Origin: Octopus bimaculoides
Taxonomy: Eukaryota
Length of the DNA stretch: 44,261 bases
Direction: 5' to 3'
Assembly: GCF_001194135.2 (NCBI RefSeq)
Contig: NC_068993.1
Span: forward strand, 57,855,401-57,899,661
The position numbers and the translations under genes are program-made. The notes beneath the pieces were generated by a model. The model had not been told where the DNA came from. It did no database searches and worked only from the letters and a program-made list of their open reading frames with translations. Below are positions 1-12,290 of the stretch, piece after piece; positions within the stretch are counted from its first letter, which is position 1, and every line of letters begins with the position of its first letter.

Positions 1-1101
1 TATATATATATATATATATATATATCTATATATATGAGATGGTACGTATCTATATGTATGTATGTAGTTTATACATTTAATTATTTATATATATATATAG
101 CAGTTCATATTGAATCATAGTAGCGTTTACATTCGGTTCGCCATAAATGTCGTTGCAGTAAGCCATAAAACGTGGTACTGTAATTAATGTCCGGTTGTCA
201 ATCTTCTCCCATTATGCAAATCATTTTATTCCTAGGCACAAAATTGTTTACATTTTAATAAGCAGCTTCCACCTACTGACATCCGTAGTCGGTGAAAGAA
301 TAGTAGGCGAACCTTGAGGACTTGCAATGGAACCAGTAAATTGCAATGACACCAGTGTGCATTCTTCAACTCCCTCATACCAAAAGTTAATAGAAGAAAA
401 AGTCAATACTCATACATATAAATCAGTACAATTGTAATTTGTAGTTTTTATACTCACATATATATATACTTGTATATATGTATGTATGTGTACGCGTCTG
501 AGTGTATGTCTATATATATACATGTCTGTCTGTTCACGTATTTGATTATGTTCGTCTGTTTATTGTCGCGTATTTCCAGTACGATGCGATTTCAACAATG
601 ACCATTATTTTCACTGCTGTTCCATTTACCCGCTCGCTATTCAGCACATCTTTTCTCACCAGCTCAGCAGTTAATTAAATATTTTTTTTACTAACTAGCT
701 ACTAACTAGTTTAACTTTGTACACGATTCGGTATTTACTGTCTACTTTCGTTATTATTTCGAAAATCTCTCCTGAACCACCCTTCGCCTCTTGTCATCGA
801 TTCCTATCACAGGAAAGGTCTATAGCAGGCCAAAGGAATGGCTCGCTTTAATTAATTACTAATTAAATATTGACTAATTAGATTAGCAGTAGCATCGTCC
901 AATCTGTATTGTTTGTCTTCCTAACACGTACACATACTGATGCTTATACCTGCACATATATTTTCAAAGATTCCTATTTATACGCACACATTGTACACAT
1001 ACTCCCTATCTTCTCTCTATATATAATGCAGTCATATATGAGTTTGTCTGTGTATATACGTACATATATGCTTTCATATATGTTCACACACATATATATA
1101 A

Positions 1102-1158
<57 letters not shown>

Positions 1159-1579
1159 AATAGAGAGAGATACATACATACATTCATGTATTAATATTGA
1201 CGTATAGATGCATGCCTATACATATATTTTTGCGTATAAATTCTTATACGTACGCACATGTAGGTGCATGTATATGCGCGCAAACAATGACATATTTACA
1301 GACGCATATACGAAAACATGTACAACCACAGTAAACCCCGTTCTCACCCTGCCACCTATCGTCCACGTATTACGCTTCCGGGCAGTCTTCACATTCAGTA
1401 ATTTTGTCAATATAACTCAATGAAATTTCATGGTTTTTAGTCGAAGTCGGGAGTCTGATGTCGCTGGGGGTGGGTCTAACTATTCGTTTGATTCTCTTGC
1501 AATATTGAATAACATAATTATGTAGAATCCTCAATGGTAATACAAAGCGGTGACAGTTCATTGGGAAATAAACACTGTA

Positions 1580-1789
1580 GGCTATGTGGTTAAGAAATCC
1601 ACATCACAATTATGAGGTGTCGGTTTCGTTCCCACTGAAGAGGAACTTCAGGAAATATATTCTTTAGAACTCCGTGCCTCTGAGTTAAGTGCATGGACTG
1701 CAGCTTTGGAAAAATGCCTTTTTATTATATCCCCGGGCCGAATGTGTGACGTTGGTAGACGGAACCTGTGCTGAGGCCAGTCATGTGTG

Positions 1790-1884
<95 letters not shown>

Positions 1885-2490
1885 ATGTGTGTGTGTGTGT
1901 GTGCGCGCGCGCGCGTGTGTGTGTATATATATACACACACACACACAGAGATTAAGTAGAATTACAAACATTTGTAAAATGTTTCTTAAGTTTAACATTT
2001 ACGTACATGTGCGCAGGTTCAGACATGGAACTAAATGCATGAGAATACATACATACATTCGTACATACATACATACATGCATACATACATACATATACAC
2101 ACACATACATACGTACGCACGTATATACATACATGCATACGTACGTACATACACACATACATGCACGCACATACATACATACATGCACACATGCATGCAT
2201 ACACTCATACAGGCACACGTATATACATACATACATACACACATACATACACACATACACACATACATATATACATAAAAACATACATACGTAAATGCAT
2301 ACATACATACATATGTGTATTTGTGTTTGTTCTCATCAACGCCTGACGATTAGTATTAGATTGTTTACATCTCCGTAATTGTTTGGTACGGCAGAGGAAC
2401 CCAAATCGAATTTTTGAAGAAAAAGGAAGTACTGGTGTCTAAATGTTTCACTAATCCTTTCAAGGCAATGCTCCAGCATGGTCACAGTTC
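1580..2490 (+). mobile_element. Degraded tRNA-derived SINE (family B) with greatly expanded internal microsatellites
   Basis: Head-like GGCTATGTGGTTAAG...TTCCCACTG (1580-1640), body CCCCGGGCCGA...TTGGTAGACGGAACC (about 1730-1770) and tail TGTTTACATCTCCGTAA...TGCTCCAGCATGGTCACAGT (about 2360-2490) are collinear with the reverse complement of the intact copy at 17722-18129. Confidence 0.6.
1787..2315. repeat. Compound (TA)n/(TG)n/(TACA)n microsatellite
   Basis: Directly visible. Confidence 0.95.
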
Positions 2491-2984
2491 GAGGGCTCCA
2501 AGAAGGAAAAAAAAAAAAAAGCGAAAACAAAAGCCTGAAACCTCACGAGAGTGACTCGATATCAAAATTGTACCTAAAAGTTAGTTCTGTACTTCACGTC
2601 CATATTCTTCCAGGTTCAAATCTGCAACTCGTCATTTTCACCAATCATTGTATACTGTAACCTCCGCTTTATGAGACAAAAAAAGCAAACAAACAAAAAA
2701 GAAACTTGTGAAAACAAAGAAACCACAACAATAACATCAGGAACGATAAAAAATAAAACACATTTTACTTGATTTTAAATGCTGAAGAGAAATCTCAAAA
2801 GCTGAATAGAGATCGAAACGTGATAGATGATGTATCCAATGAACAGATTGGGTCCCAGCATTCCCTGTCTCTAGAAGATTCAATCAATACAAGCAACTTG
2901 TTATACTCTCTGATCGATTTCAATCAACTCAAATAACTGCAAACCCCGTAGAAATTTGACTCGTGTGTTGTCAGAATAGATCAA

Positions 2985-2993
2985 TACTAATAC

Positions 2994-3062
<69 letters not shown>

Positions 3063-3070
3063 TAATAATA

Positions 3071-3131
<61 letters not shown>

Positions 3132-3162
3132 TTATGATAATAATAATGGTAATAATAATAAT
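2985..3162. repeat. (TAA)n microsatellite
   Basis: Directly visible. Confidence 0.95.
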
Positions 3163-3427
3163 CGATGAATCGATAATGAATAAATATTAAATTATATTAT
3201 CATAACATTTCATAAAGTCGACGAACACACGCCACCACACATCATATGAATGCGTGTGGTGTGCTTGCGTATGTATGCTTGGGTATACGTGTGTGTATAT
3301 GTATATACGTATATATGTGTATGTATGTATATATGTATATATGTATTTTTGTCTATATACGTATATGTGTGTGTGTGCTTGTGCAGATGTGCGTATGCCT
3401 AAGTTTAGCTGTATTATGTATGCATAC

Positions 3428-3476
<49 letters not shown>

Positions 3477-4691
3477 TGTATGTATGTATGCATATTTGTA
3501 AATGTATTAAGTTTTCTTTTATGCAAATTAATATTGATTGATTTTTAATACATATATTCTTTTGATTAACTAATATAATGGAATAATAAAAAGATTCACT
3601 CTTTCACTCTCTCTCTCTCTCCCTCTCACTTTCTCCCTCCCTCTCTCTCTCTCTCTCTCTCATCCCTGTGTTTATATCCATGTATGTATGAACGTAGGTA
3701 TATATGTACGTGTTTGTGCTTATATATGTGTGCGTATATACAAACATTCAAGATAGATAGATATTTAAATATATCAATTTTAACGATGCAGGTATTCTAA
3801 AAACATACATTGCTACGATAATGTACTTGAATTCGAAGAACAGAAGCGAAAGGGATGTAATAACTACGACGACGACAACAACATGAACACCTGCAGCAAC
3901 AATAATAATAGCAATAACAACTTTATTAATGTTAATAATAACGATAATGTTTCACTTTGTTTTAATATATTTAATTGCCATCTAACCATATCTACTCTCC
4001 TATAGAGTGGGTACGTCAGTGATATTTAAACAGTTTCACATTTCGTTTGATAAAAGCAGCCCGTAGTGTAAGCATTGATTTGCCTTATATAACAAAACTG
4101 GAGTCCAAATCGAGAATTCCTCTATATAGACGTTCAACAGGCTAGAAACAGCAGTCAAATTAGCATTGCATCACATCTACTGTCTTCAAAATAAACAAAA
4201 TACAAAATGAAATGAATGATAAGTTGAACATTATCTGAAGGAACAATCTTGGTCTTGAGGACTCCTGGATCAAGTATACTCAACTTGAAGCTAAACCAGA
4301 AAGTGATTATCAGCGACAGTAAGCTTGAATGCTCAATATAGAAAAAGGATGAAAAGTAATCTGGAACAACTTTGGCCGTGTCTCCGCCCGGATCAAGGAT
4401 TATTCAACGTGAAACACCACCATAGCTATCAACAATAATAAACTTAATTACCCATGACCATCTTGCTAGTTACCAACCAAATCTTTCACAAAGCTCTAGG
4501 CAAATCCTACACCAGTGTTTCTCAATCACTTTTTTTGTCCCTTACCTCATTTTTATATCCCAAAACGATGTCCGCCTCTTTCTGTAACACATAGACAAAG
4601 AGATACCCATATATGTATGTATACCTAAATGTGCGCATATATTGTAGCTTTAGAATACATTTTGGCACAATTTTGGCACGTTTATGTCAAC

Positions 4692-5068
4692 CCCAGTGCT
4701 CCATTGATACTTGTTTTATCGACCACAAGATGGTAAAAGGTTAATTTGACCTCGGCGGAATTTGAACTGAGAATATTAAGACTGACGAAATATCGCTAAG
4801 TATTTTGTTGGGCATGCTAGTGATTCTACCAGCTCACCGGCTTAGTCACTATATTCTTTTCTACTCCAGGCACAAGGCCCGAAATTTTGAGGGAGGAGGC
4901 CAGTCGATTAGATTGACCCCAGAACGCAACTGGTATTTAATTTATCGTCCCCGAAAGGATGAAAGGCAAAGTCGACCTTGGCGAAAATTGAACTTAGAAC
5001 TTAAAGACAGAAGAAATACCGCTAAGCATTTCGCCCGGCATGCTAACGTTTCTGTCCGCTCACAGCCT
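4692..5068 (-). mobile_element. Tandem pair of SINE family A copies
   Basis: Two reverse-complement matches to the GGCGGCGAGCT...GAGTTCAAATTCCGCCGAGGTCGACTTTGCCTTTCATCC element seen at 11705 and 42008. Confidence 0.8.
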
Positions 5069-5224
5069 TAGACATTCATATTATATTAACAAGTTTCTAA
5101 CGCTATAATCTGAAGTACAGGCTAGCCCAATGCAGCCCAATACAGGCTAGCCCAATAGGCTAGCCCAACAAAAACAATGACATAATTGTAGCTAATTATG
5201 GTAGTTTTACAACAATAAAGATAA

Positions 5225-5705
5225 CAGAGTATCAACAACAATAACAATACAGACTGTTGCAGCAACAGCAACAACAACAATAACGATAACAGCAACAAAC
5301 GTTGATGCAACGTCCGCAACGGCAACAGCTGCAGCAAAAACAACATCAACCCGAGTAGGTGCAGCAACAACATAAACAAGAAAAGCAGCTGCTGCACCAA
5401 CAAGAATAACAATGACAACAACAAAATGCGATGCAGCAACTGCGGTAGCAAAAAATTCGAAAGCAACAATAACAAAAATAGTTGCAGCAACAGCGACAAC
5501 AGCAGCAACATGAACAACAGCTAGCTAGAAGAAAAATAATAATTGCTACAATAGTAGGTGTGGGTGTGTAACAACAACAACAACAACAACAACAACAATA
5601 AGAAAATAAATGCGGTTAATGCAACAGCACCAATATCGCTAGCAGCTACAGCAACAGTAAATGCAGCAACAATAACAATACAATCAACAACAACAACAAC
5701 AAAAT
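5225..5705. repeat. Degenerate (CAA/CAG)n low-complexity tract
   Basis: Directly visible; it explains the Leu-rich pseudo-ORFs. Confidence 0.9.
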
Positions 5706-6113
5706 TACTAACATGCATTAGTTTATTATCTTAAGTAAGTGAACTCTAACAATTTCATTTGCATTTTACTAACTTTACACTCGACGATAAAAGAGCGCCA
5801 ACATTATGTTTTGATATCGCATATTTTAGGCTAGTAATGGCGGTGGTGGTGAGCTAAAAGCAGATGCCAGACTTTTGTTCTTTTAATTACTCAAAGGAAT
5901 AGGGACAATATCAATAGCCTTGCTTTTACAATCAGAATTGGAGTCGATTTTTCAGGGCACATGTCTCTGATTCATTTTCAGAAATTTTAATGCGAGCAAG
6001 ATTTTTCAAATGGAAAATACAAATTTTGCGGTAAAGGTCATATTCCTTTGTTTGTTTAGAAGCATTGACAAAGGGGAGATAGTGTTAAATTTATATTGAT
6101 TCAAATCTTTATG

Positions 6114-6163
<50 letters not shown>

Positions 6164-6921
6164 ACCCGATCGAATATACCATAGAATTTTCATTTCATTT
6201 AAGCGTCATATTTTTACACCTTCAGAAAAAATAACAAATTAAATGAATAAATAAAAGAAAGTGCTTATGTCAATCATTTTGTATGTTTATTTTTGACATT
6301 TTAAGCACATGTTCCGTTAGAAGAATTTGGTGACATTTTGACAACTTGGTATTACATGCACTGAAAATGAACGCCATTTTGAACTAGTCAATGTCGAAAA
6401 CATCTCTTATAGTCAGAACAAGATAACTTAAGTCTATTGAAAACTTATAGATATTGATTTAAAATTGTAGACGTTCGCTAAATCTTCATAAACGTCTCAC
6501 GGTCTTTTATGAATTATGCCTCTAGATTACTTTATTAACAATCTTGTATTTATTTATACGTTCCGACTGTTTTAAAGTTAACTCTCACGTGACTTTTGAT
6601 GACAGATTTTGTTTTTCCTTTCAATTAATTTTTCGCATGGCGGCTCAAGAGACATGCAGTTCTCACAGCAAAACTTTGTGGAGAGTGTCTACGACGAATG
6701 ATCGCGCATATTTTGTTTCAATTACGTATGAAAAGTTAACTCTTTCTGACAACTATTTTACTCGTTATGTTTATTTATACCGCAGTCTCACAGAATTTGT
6801 AATTCATAAATATATTTTAGAAGCACTTGGGTAAAAGATACGTTCCTATGACAATATGATGTATCTTGTGCAGTACACATCTGCATTAATACTGCAGATA
6901 TGTGTGTGTGTGCTTCTGTGC

Positions 6922-6967
<46 letters not shown>

Positions 6968-7665
6968 CATATGTGTACATATAGTCTATATATGTACATA
7001 TATTTATACATGCACATATATTTCTATGTATGTACATGTATAAATAGTGAGAAAAATATTGAAAGATATAGATTGATAGTGATAAATATAGACATATACA
7101 CACCTATATGTACATACGTATATATATACATGTATATATGCATATATGCATGTATAAATATACATGCATATATGTCTATATTTGCACGTATATATATATA
7201 TACGCGTATTTATTTATTTATTTATTTATGTTTTTCAGCCAAGTGGCTGCGGTCATGCTCTGAGAAAATTAGGATATTTTCTCAGGTCTATCGTTTAAAA
7301 GTTATGTTTAGAGAATACAATGTATTATGTTTCCTCCAGGTAAGCAACCATGTTTTGGCTGGTGACAGGTACGCTTGACCGTTGATTCAAATTTTCCATT
7401 TGCTCTTATAATTTATATTGCTATCTTTTAGTTTCCTCATAAATTTAATAAGGCCCCTGATGTTTCTTTTCATTAGTATTTCTAAAGGAGATCTCATGGT
7501 TCGCAAGTCGAGTTTTCACTTAACAGGCTGTTGTTCCAACATAATAGAAATGCTTGCCTTCCGCTTCAACGGGTGCCTAGTATACTAGGTCTCTACGTTT
7601 ACAATAATTGGTAACTTTACATTTTTCGTTAAGCCTACAATCACAGACATAATTTAAATAATCAT

Positions 7666-7713
<48 letters not shown>

Positions 7714-8989
7714 GATTTGATCTGGTTTCTGCTCATGAACAGTGGCCATATGAATACATACATATTCTCCATTTCTGCGCTCTGTGTTTCTTGGTCGACA
7801 CAATGAAAATCAATAAAGGCTGGTAGATTTTAAAAAAATATTAGAGCATTGGATGTGATGCATTGTTATATTCCAGCTCTTTGCATTCTCTATTAAATGC
7901 CGGTAGACTTAATTCGTCATCTACTTTAACCCCAACTCTTTCAGTTAAAGATTTGGAGTTACATCTCCAGTTTTGGTGATAACTTCTAGATTCCTCAACC
8001 AGTCTCAGATGTCCTGAACAAAACTGAGTATGTGCACTGTTCTTTCCCTGGTTCCTTCTCTGGTTAAGTTGTAAAGATATGATTATTTTGACGGCTCTTT
8101 AACCCCGAAATTTCCCTGACATTTTCGTTAGAATCTCTAGGTTCATATTCATTCCAATAAACACCTCTAGTTAAATCCCAATAAAATAAAACAAACAATA
8201 AAATAAAATCCAAAGTTTTGGCGTAAAATTAGTAACACAAAAGCTGTATTTTTGCAGGAAACTTTCATAGTTGACTTTTACATTTCAATGTCTCAGCTAT
8301 GAAATCCGTTAATCAAAATATCTAAAGATTTCACAAAGAACATATTGGAATACGGCTCATATGAATATATGTTTATATGAATATATCAATTTACTGATAT
8401 AAAATGCACCACATTTTCAATTATGTAATACAATATGTATGTAATAACTTATTCTGTGTCATCTTTAAAGCCGATATAAAATATACTGTTGAGTTCTTTG
8501 TGAAAGTTTATATTAAATGTTATCTAAAACTAAATACAACCGAAGACAAGTAGTGTCACGATTCGCTGCCACTACTTATACGCCCTCATATAAATTCGAT
8601 AATGAACAAGTCACTTCTATACAATATAGTAAAATCTATGCACATTGCAATTATAATTCCCATAAAAGTTAAAACTGACAACAATATCCAGATTAACTTC
8701 TTGAGGGATTAAACTAAATATCTGACAGTAAGGCACAACCAAATCATAGAAAACCAAAAATCAAATTCCTAATCAGCCAATCCAAATGACATCGTTAATC
8801 TGGAAATCACTCTCCTAATTTTCTTTTAAAAACAACATAAAATTTAATCTAAAATGAAACTCTTAGTTAGACACAATTATCATGTCTGTTAAACATTAAG
8901 CTTCCATTAGAATATTCGCCTATCTCATCCATTGTTTCGTAATTTACCTGGAGGGTATTTATGTTTTCCCAATTCATCTTAACTTCCCA

Positions 8990-9615
8990 TTGAAATTATA
9001 CCGAACATGTTGAGTTGTTGTTAAGAGAAGAAATTCTATGCACACAGTCCTTTCATTGTATTCTTAAACATCTTATTTTTTCTTTTAATATTAATAAGAT
9101 TTGTTCAACATAACTCCACAAGTCCGCAATCTTCGGAGTTTGAATATGGGTATAATGGATTCTTCATTCGCTCTTCGTCTACATCATGTAAAGATTTCTC
9201 AGAATGGATCTCAGTCAAAATTCCAGATTCGAACTTCCAGCGTAACAGAATGCTAAGTCGATCTTCAAACAACAATTATTACCCTCCACTTGTTATAGAA
9301 TGGATGCGTAAATTAAGTATTCAGCTGTCCTATTGCCTGATTGGTAACATAAGAAGCATGCCAATCCATTTCTATTCATCGGTTGGAATTTATTTGACTC
9401 AACACAAATTTATAGGTTGTAAAAAAACACACATTCAACGCCAGGGAATTAATCGATATTACAACCACATGGAATACGTGTCTATGGTAGAATTGGGTGC
9501 TTAGCAACCTCCACTGAGTTAGTGTTCTCAAGATTGGTGTTCTCAAGAAGTGATTCTTCTCTCAAGATTAATCCATCTTCTCTAAAGGGGCGAAGCTCTG
9601 ATCTAGTTTGAAAAG
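8990..9615 (-). mobile_element. Degenerate BEL/Pao LTR-retrotransposon pol fragment (RNase H-integrase junction)
   Basis: Minus-strand translation across frameshifts gives ELRPFREDGLILREESLLENTNL...AKHPILP, then LRWKF, LRSILRN...CRRR and TPKIADL. These match, in order, the BEL/Pao motifs L.PF.D.DGL.RV.GRL.N..L...KHPIILP, LRQKFWI, C..CRR and P.MADLP. Spacing is irregular and stops are present. Confidence 0.6.
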
Positions 9616-10212
9616 ACCTGGGTAAAACCGGTGATAAACGGCCGGCATATACGCACACGCGTGCAAACTAAAAAATAAACACATACACACACGCAAACAC
9701 ATGCATAATCAAACCTTTTAAAATAGAAGCACAGGTAAGTAATGATGACTTACATATTTTTTCTTAATACGTTCCAGTTGATTCGAACACACTAAACGTA
9801 TTTCATCACAAGAAAACAGTTCCTTTACGATGAATTTGTGTTCATAATGCCACTCGTTTTATTTGTACAAGGGACTCTGGCTCACACAGAGTTTCGACCT
9901 CGTTGTTACTCCTCAATTAGCGGTTCCCCACTAGCTTTATGAATCTAACAAACTAACAAAAGCTTTGCTGATTTGTGCAGATATCTCCTAATCGATAATA
10001 AATCGGCATGTGCACGAAGCAGTTTCTTTGCTATTTGAACAATTCGAAGCAACATATAAATCCCGGCATGACATCTCATTGAGCGTGTATAAATTATTAA
10101 CAATCGTGTAAATCATAACCAGAGACGTTTCAGATATGTACCACAGTGAAGCATGACACATATGTGATGGTTCTTGATGATTCTGGGTGACATCTGTTGC
10201 GGCATATGTCAT

Positions 10213-10220
10213 TATATAAG
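10213..10220 (+). promoter_or_regulatory. Candidate TATA box of the secreted-peptide gene
   Basis: TATATAAG lies 76 nt upstream of the ATG at 10289. This would place a TSS near 10240-10250 and give a short 5' UTR with no upstream ATG. The motif is common in AT-rich DNA, so position is the main support. Confidence 0.5.
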
Positions 10221-10288
10221 AGAATGCTCCAAGTATGGTAACTATTACATAGACATCGGCGTGAATAACAAAAATAGGAATAACTATC

Positions 10289-10325
10289 ATGAGAATATAT
10301 CTGTTGTTTTGTCTCCTCGTTTTTG
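10289..10325 (+). CDS. Coding exon 1 of small secreted Cys-rich peptide (signal peptide MRIYLLFCLLVF-G)
   Basis: ATG AGA ATA TAT CTG TTG TTT TGT CTC CTC GTT TTT G is followed by a consensus donor GTAAGT at 10326. It has a basic n-region and a hydrophobic h-region. The phase-1 end matches the phase-1 start of the exon at 14231. Confidence 0.75.
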
Positions 10326-11022
10326 GTAAGTAGCTTGTAATAATAACTAATGTTCATTCGTTTTGGTATCTAAGATAAACATACAATGGTGTGCGATACA
10401 GGCACTCGAAACACATTTTAAACTGTAGAAAGGATCATTGCGTCCACATTACAAACAGGGCAGTTCCACTTCGTAAGATGCTGATCCCGCCTCCCCACAC
10501 ACATACAGTCCTGTTGCTTTATTGATACCTTGAGTTTGACCACTCTTCATTAGGCCACAATTACAAGACAAAAAGTTACTCGATTTATACATATGAAATT
10601 GGAATAAGCGGTTCCTGAGACTTGTCATGCCATATAAAGTGTATCATTCCTAAAGTAGAGTTCCTTTCCTTGGACAATATCAATGACGTGAAGAGGGGAG
10701 ACTTTCACTACGAAAATGTTCTCCTAGTCTAATCATTCAGATTTACATATATGACCATCCTGACCGACTGGGAAACATAAATATAGCTGCAACTATATTA
10801 TCCAATGCATTGAAATTCTAAGATAAGCACTAATCATTAACAGATCAATGCGCCACCTTCGATTAAGAATTATGCATGATTCCCCACTGTCGTTAGAAAA
10901 TTGTAGTAAAATCTGGAGTCGATAAATTAGCTTTTGCCAAAAGTATCTAAAATGAATGATGACCCCTGTTAACATCAAATAAAGTTGGTGATTAGAGACC
11001 CTTCTTTTATATTTTATGTATT

Positions 11023-11506
11023 ATTTGTTTCAGTCATCTGACTGCGGCCTTGCTGGGGTAAAGCGCTAATGTGTGTTGTGTTGTTTAGTCGAAAAAAATA
11101 GACACCGGCATTTCTGTCTTTTTTTTTTAAAGCCTGAAACCTACTCTATCCGGCAGTTTTGTAGAAGTCTTAGGTTACGGGGACGTAAACACATCGACAC
11201 CGGTTGTCACGCAGTGGTGGGGGACAAACACATACACAAAGGCACAAAGACACATACACACACACGCAGACACATACGCACACACTCGCACGCACGCACT
11301 CACACACGCACAAACACACACACGAATATGTATAAAGATATGACAGCCTTCTTTCAGCTCCTGTCTACCAAATCCATTCACCAGGCATGTTTCGGCCCGA
11401 GACTACAGTAGAAAATACTCGCCCAATATGCCACGCAGTGGGCCTGAACTCGGAAACATATGGTTGTGGAGCAATCTTCTTACTACATAGTCACCCCTAC
11501 GCCTAT
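11023..11506 (-). mobile_element. tRNA-derived SINE family B, full length, diverged
   Basis: Collinear with 17722-18129: TTTCAGTCAT...GGGGACGTAAACAC...GTCTACCAAATCC...GCCACGCAGTGGGCCTGAAC. Confidence 0.85.
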
Positions 11507-11704
11507 GCAAACTGAATATTATTACCAACTACTTTGACGACATTCCACCGCATGTCACATTACCTACAGACGTCTTACCCAATGCTAAGAAGAGACAAGA
11601 TATAAGTCCCTGATCACACACAACGCTGAAAACTTAAGACAATATCCGATAACGCAAAATAGACAATTTATATATTCAATGCGTAAATAACATTTCCGCC
11701 GGGT

Positions 11705-12141
11705 AAGGCGGCGAGCTAGCAGAAACGTTAGCACACCGGGCAAAATGCTAATCGGTATTTCGCCTGCCGTTAAGTTCTGAGTTCAAATTCCGCCGAGGTC
11801 GACTTTGCCTTTCATCCTTTCGGGGACGATTAAATAAGTCCCAGTTATGCAGTGTTGTCGATATACTCGACTTAATCTGTTTGTCAGTCCTTGTTTGTCC
11901 CTTCTGTGTTTAGCCCCTTGTGGGCAATAAAGAAATAAGAAACGTTGCCACGCCAGGCGAAATGCTTCGCGGCATTTCGTCAGGCTTTACATTCTGAGTT
12001 CAAATTTACGCCGAGGTCTACTTTGCGTTTCATCCTTTCGGGGTTGATAAATTAAGTACCAGTTGCGTACTGGCGTCGATCTAATTGACTGGCCCACTAC
12101 CGAAGTTTTTTGGGCCTTGTGCCTACAGTAGAAAAGAATAT
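11705..12141 (+). mobile_element. Dimeric SINE family A
   Basis: Two consecutive units, each with GAAACGTT...GAAATGCT...TTCTGAGTTCAAATT (B-box-like)...CTTTCATCCTTTCGGGG, ending in GGGCCTTGTGCCTACAGTAGAAAAGAATATT. Confidence 0.85.
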
Positions 12142-12180
12142 TTTCGCCGGGCGCCAAAAAAAAAAAATTGTTCTTTGTGA

Positions 12181-12290
12181 ACCTACTACTTATTCTATCG
12201 GTTTCCTTTGCCGAACCGCTACGTTTGTCAAGCGATGGTGGGGTGACCAACACGGACACACACACACAGAGGTAACACAGAGAGAGGTAC
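12181..12290 (-). mobile_element. SINE family B internal fragment
   Basis: CCTACTACTTATTCTATCGGT...GCCGAACCGCTA...TGTCAAGCGATG matches about 17821-17905. Confidence 0.7.

Noticed and set aside
6638-6834. MAAQETCSSHSK... ORF with nearby CACGTG and ATGGCGG motifs as a gene start
   Set aside because: No recognisable product, weak donor and no convincing partner exon.
7930-7980. SVKDL(G)V-like CR1/L2 reverse-transcriptase trace
   Set aside because: A single short motif needing a frameshift, with no other LINE motifs in order.
9988-10290. 100-aa hydrophobic minus-strand ORF (MIVIPIFVIHADVYVIVTILG...) as a membrane protein or GPCR fragment
   Set aside because: No recognisable family motif or convincing splice sites. 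It overlaps the promoter and start of the better-supported plus-strand gene, and hydrophobicity is expected from AT-rich codons.
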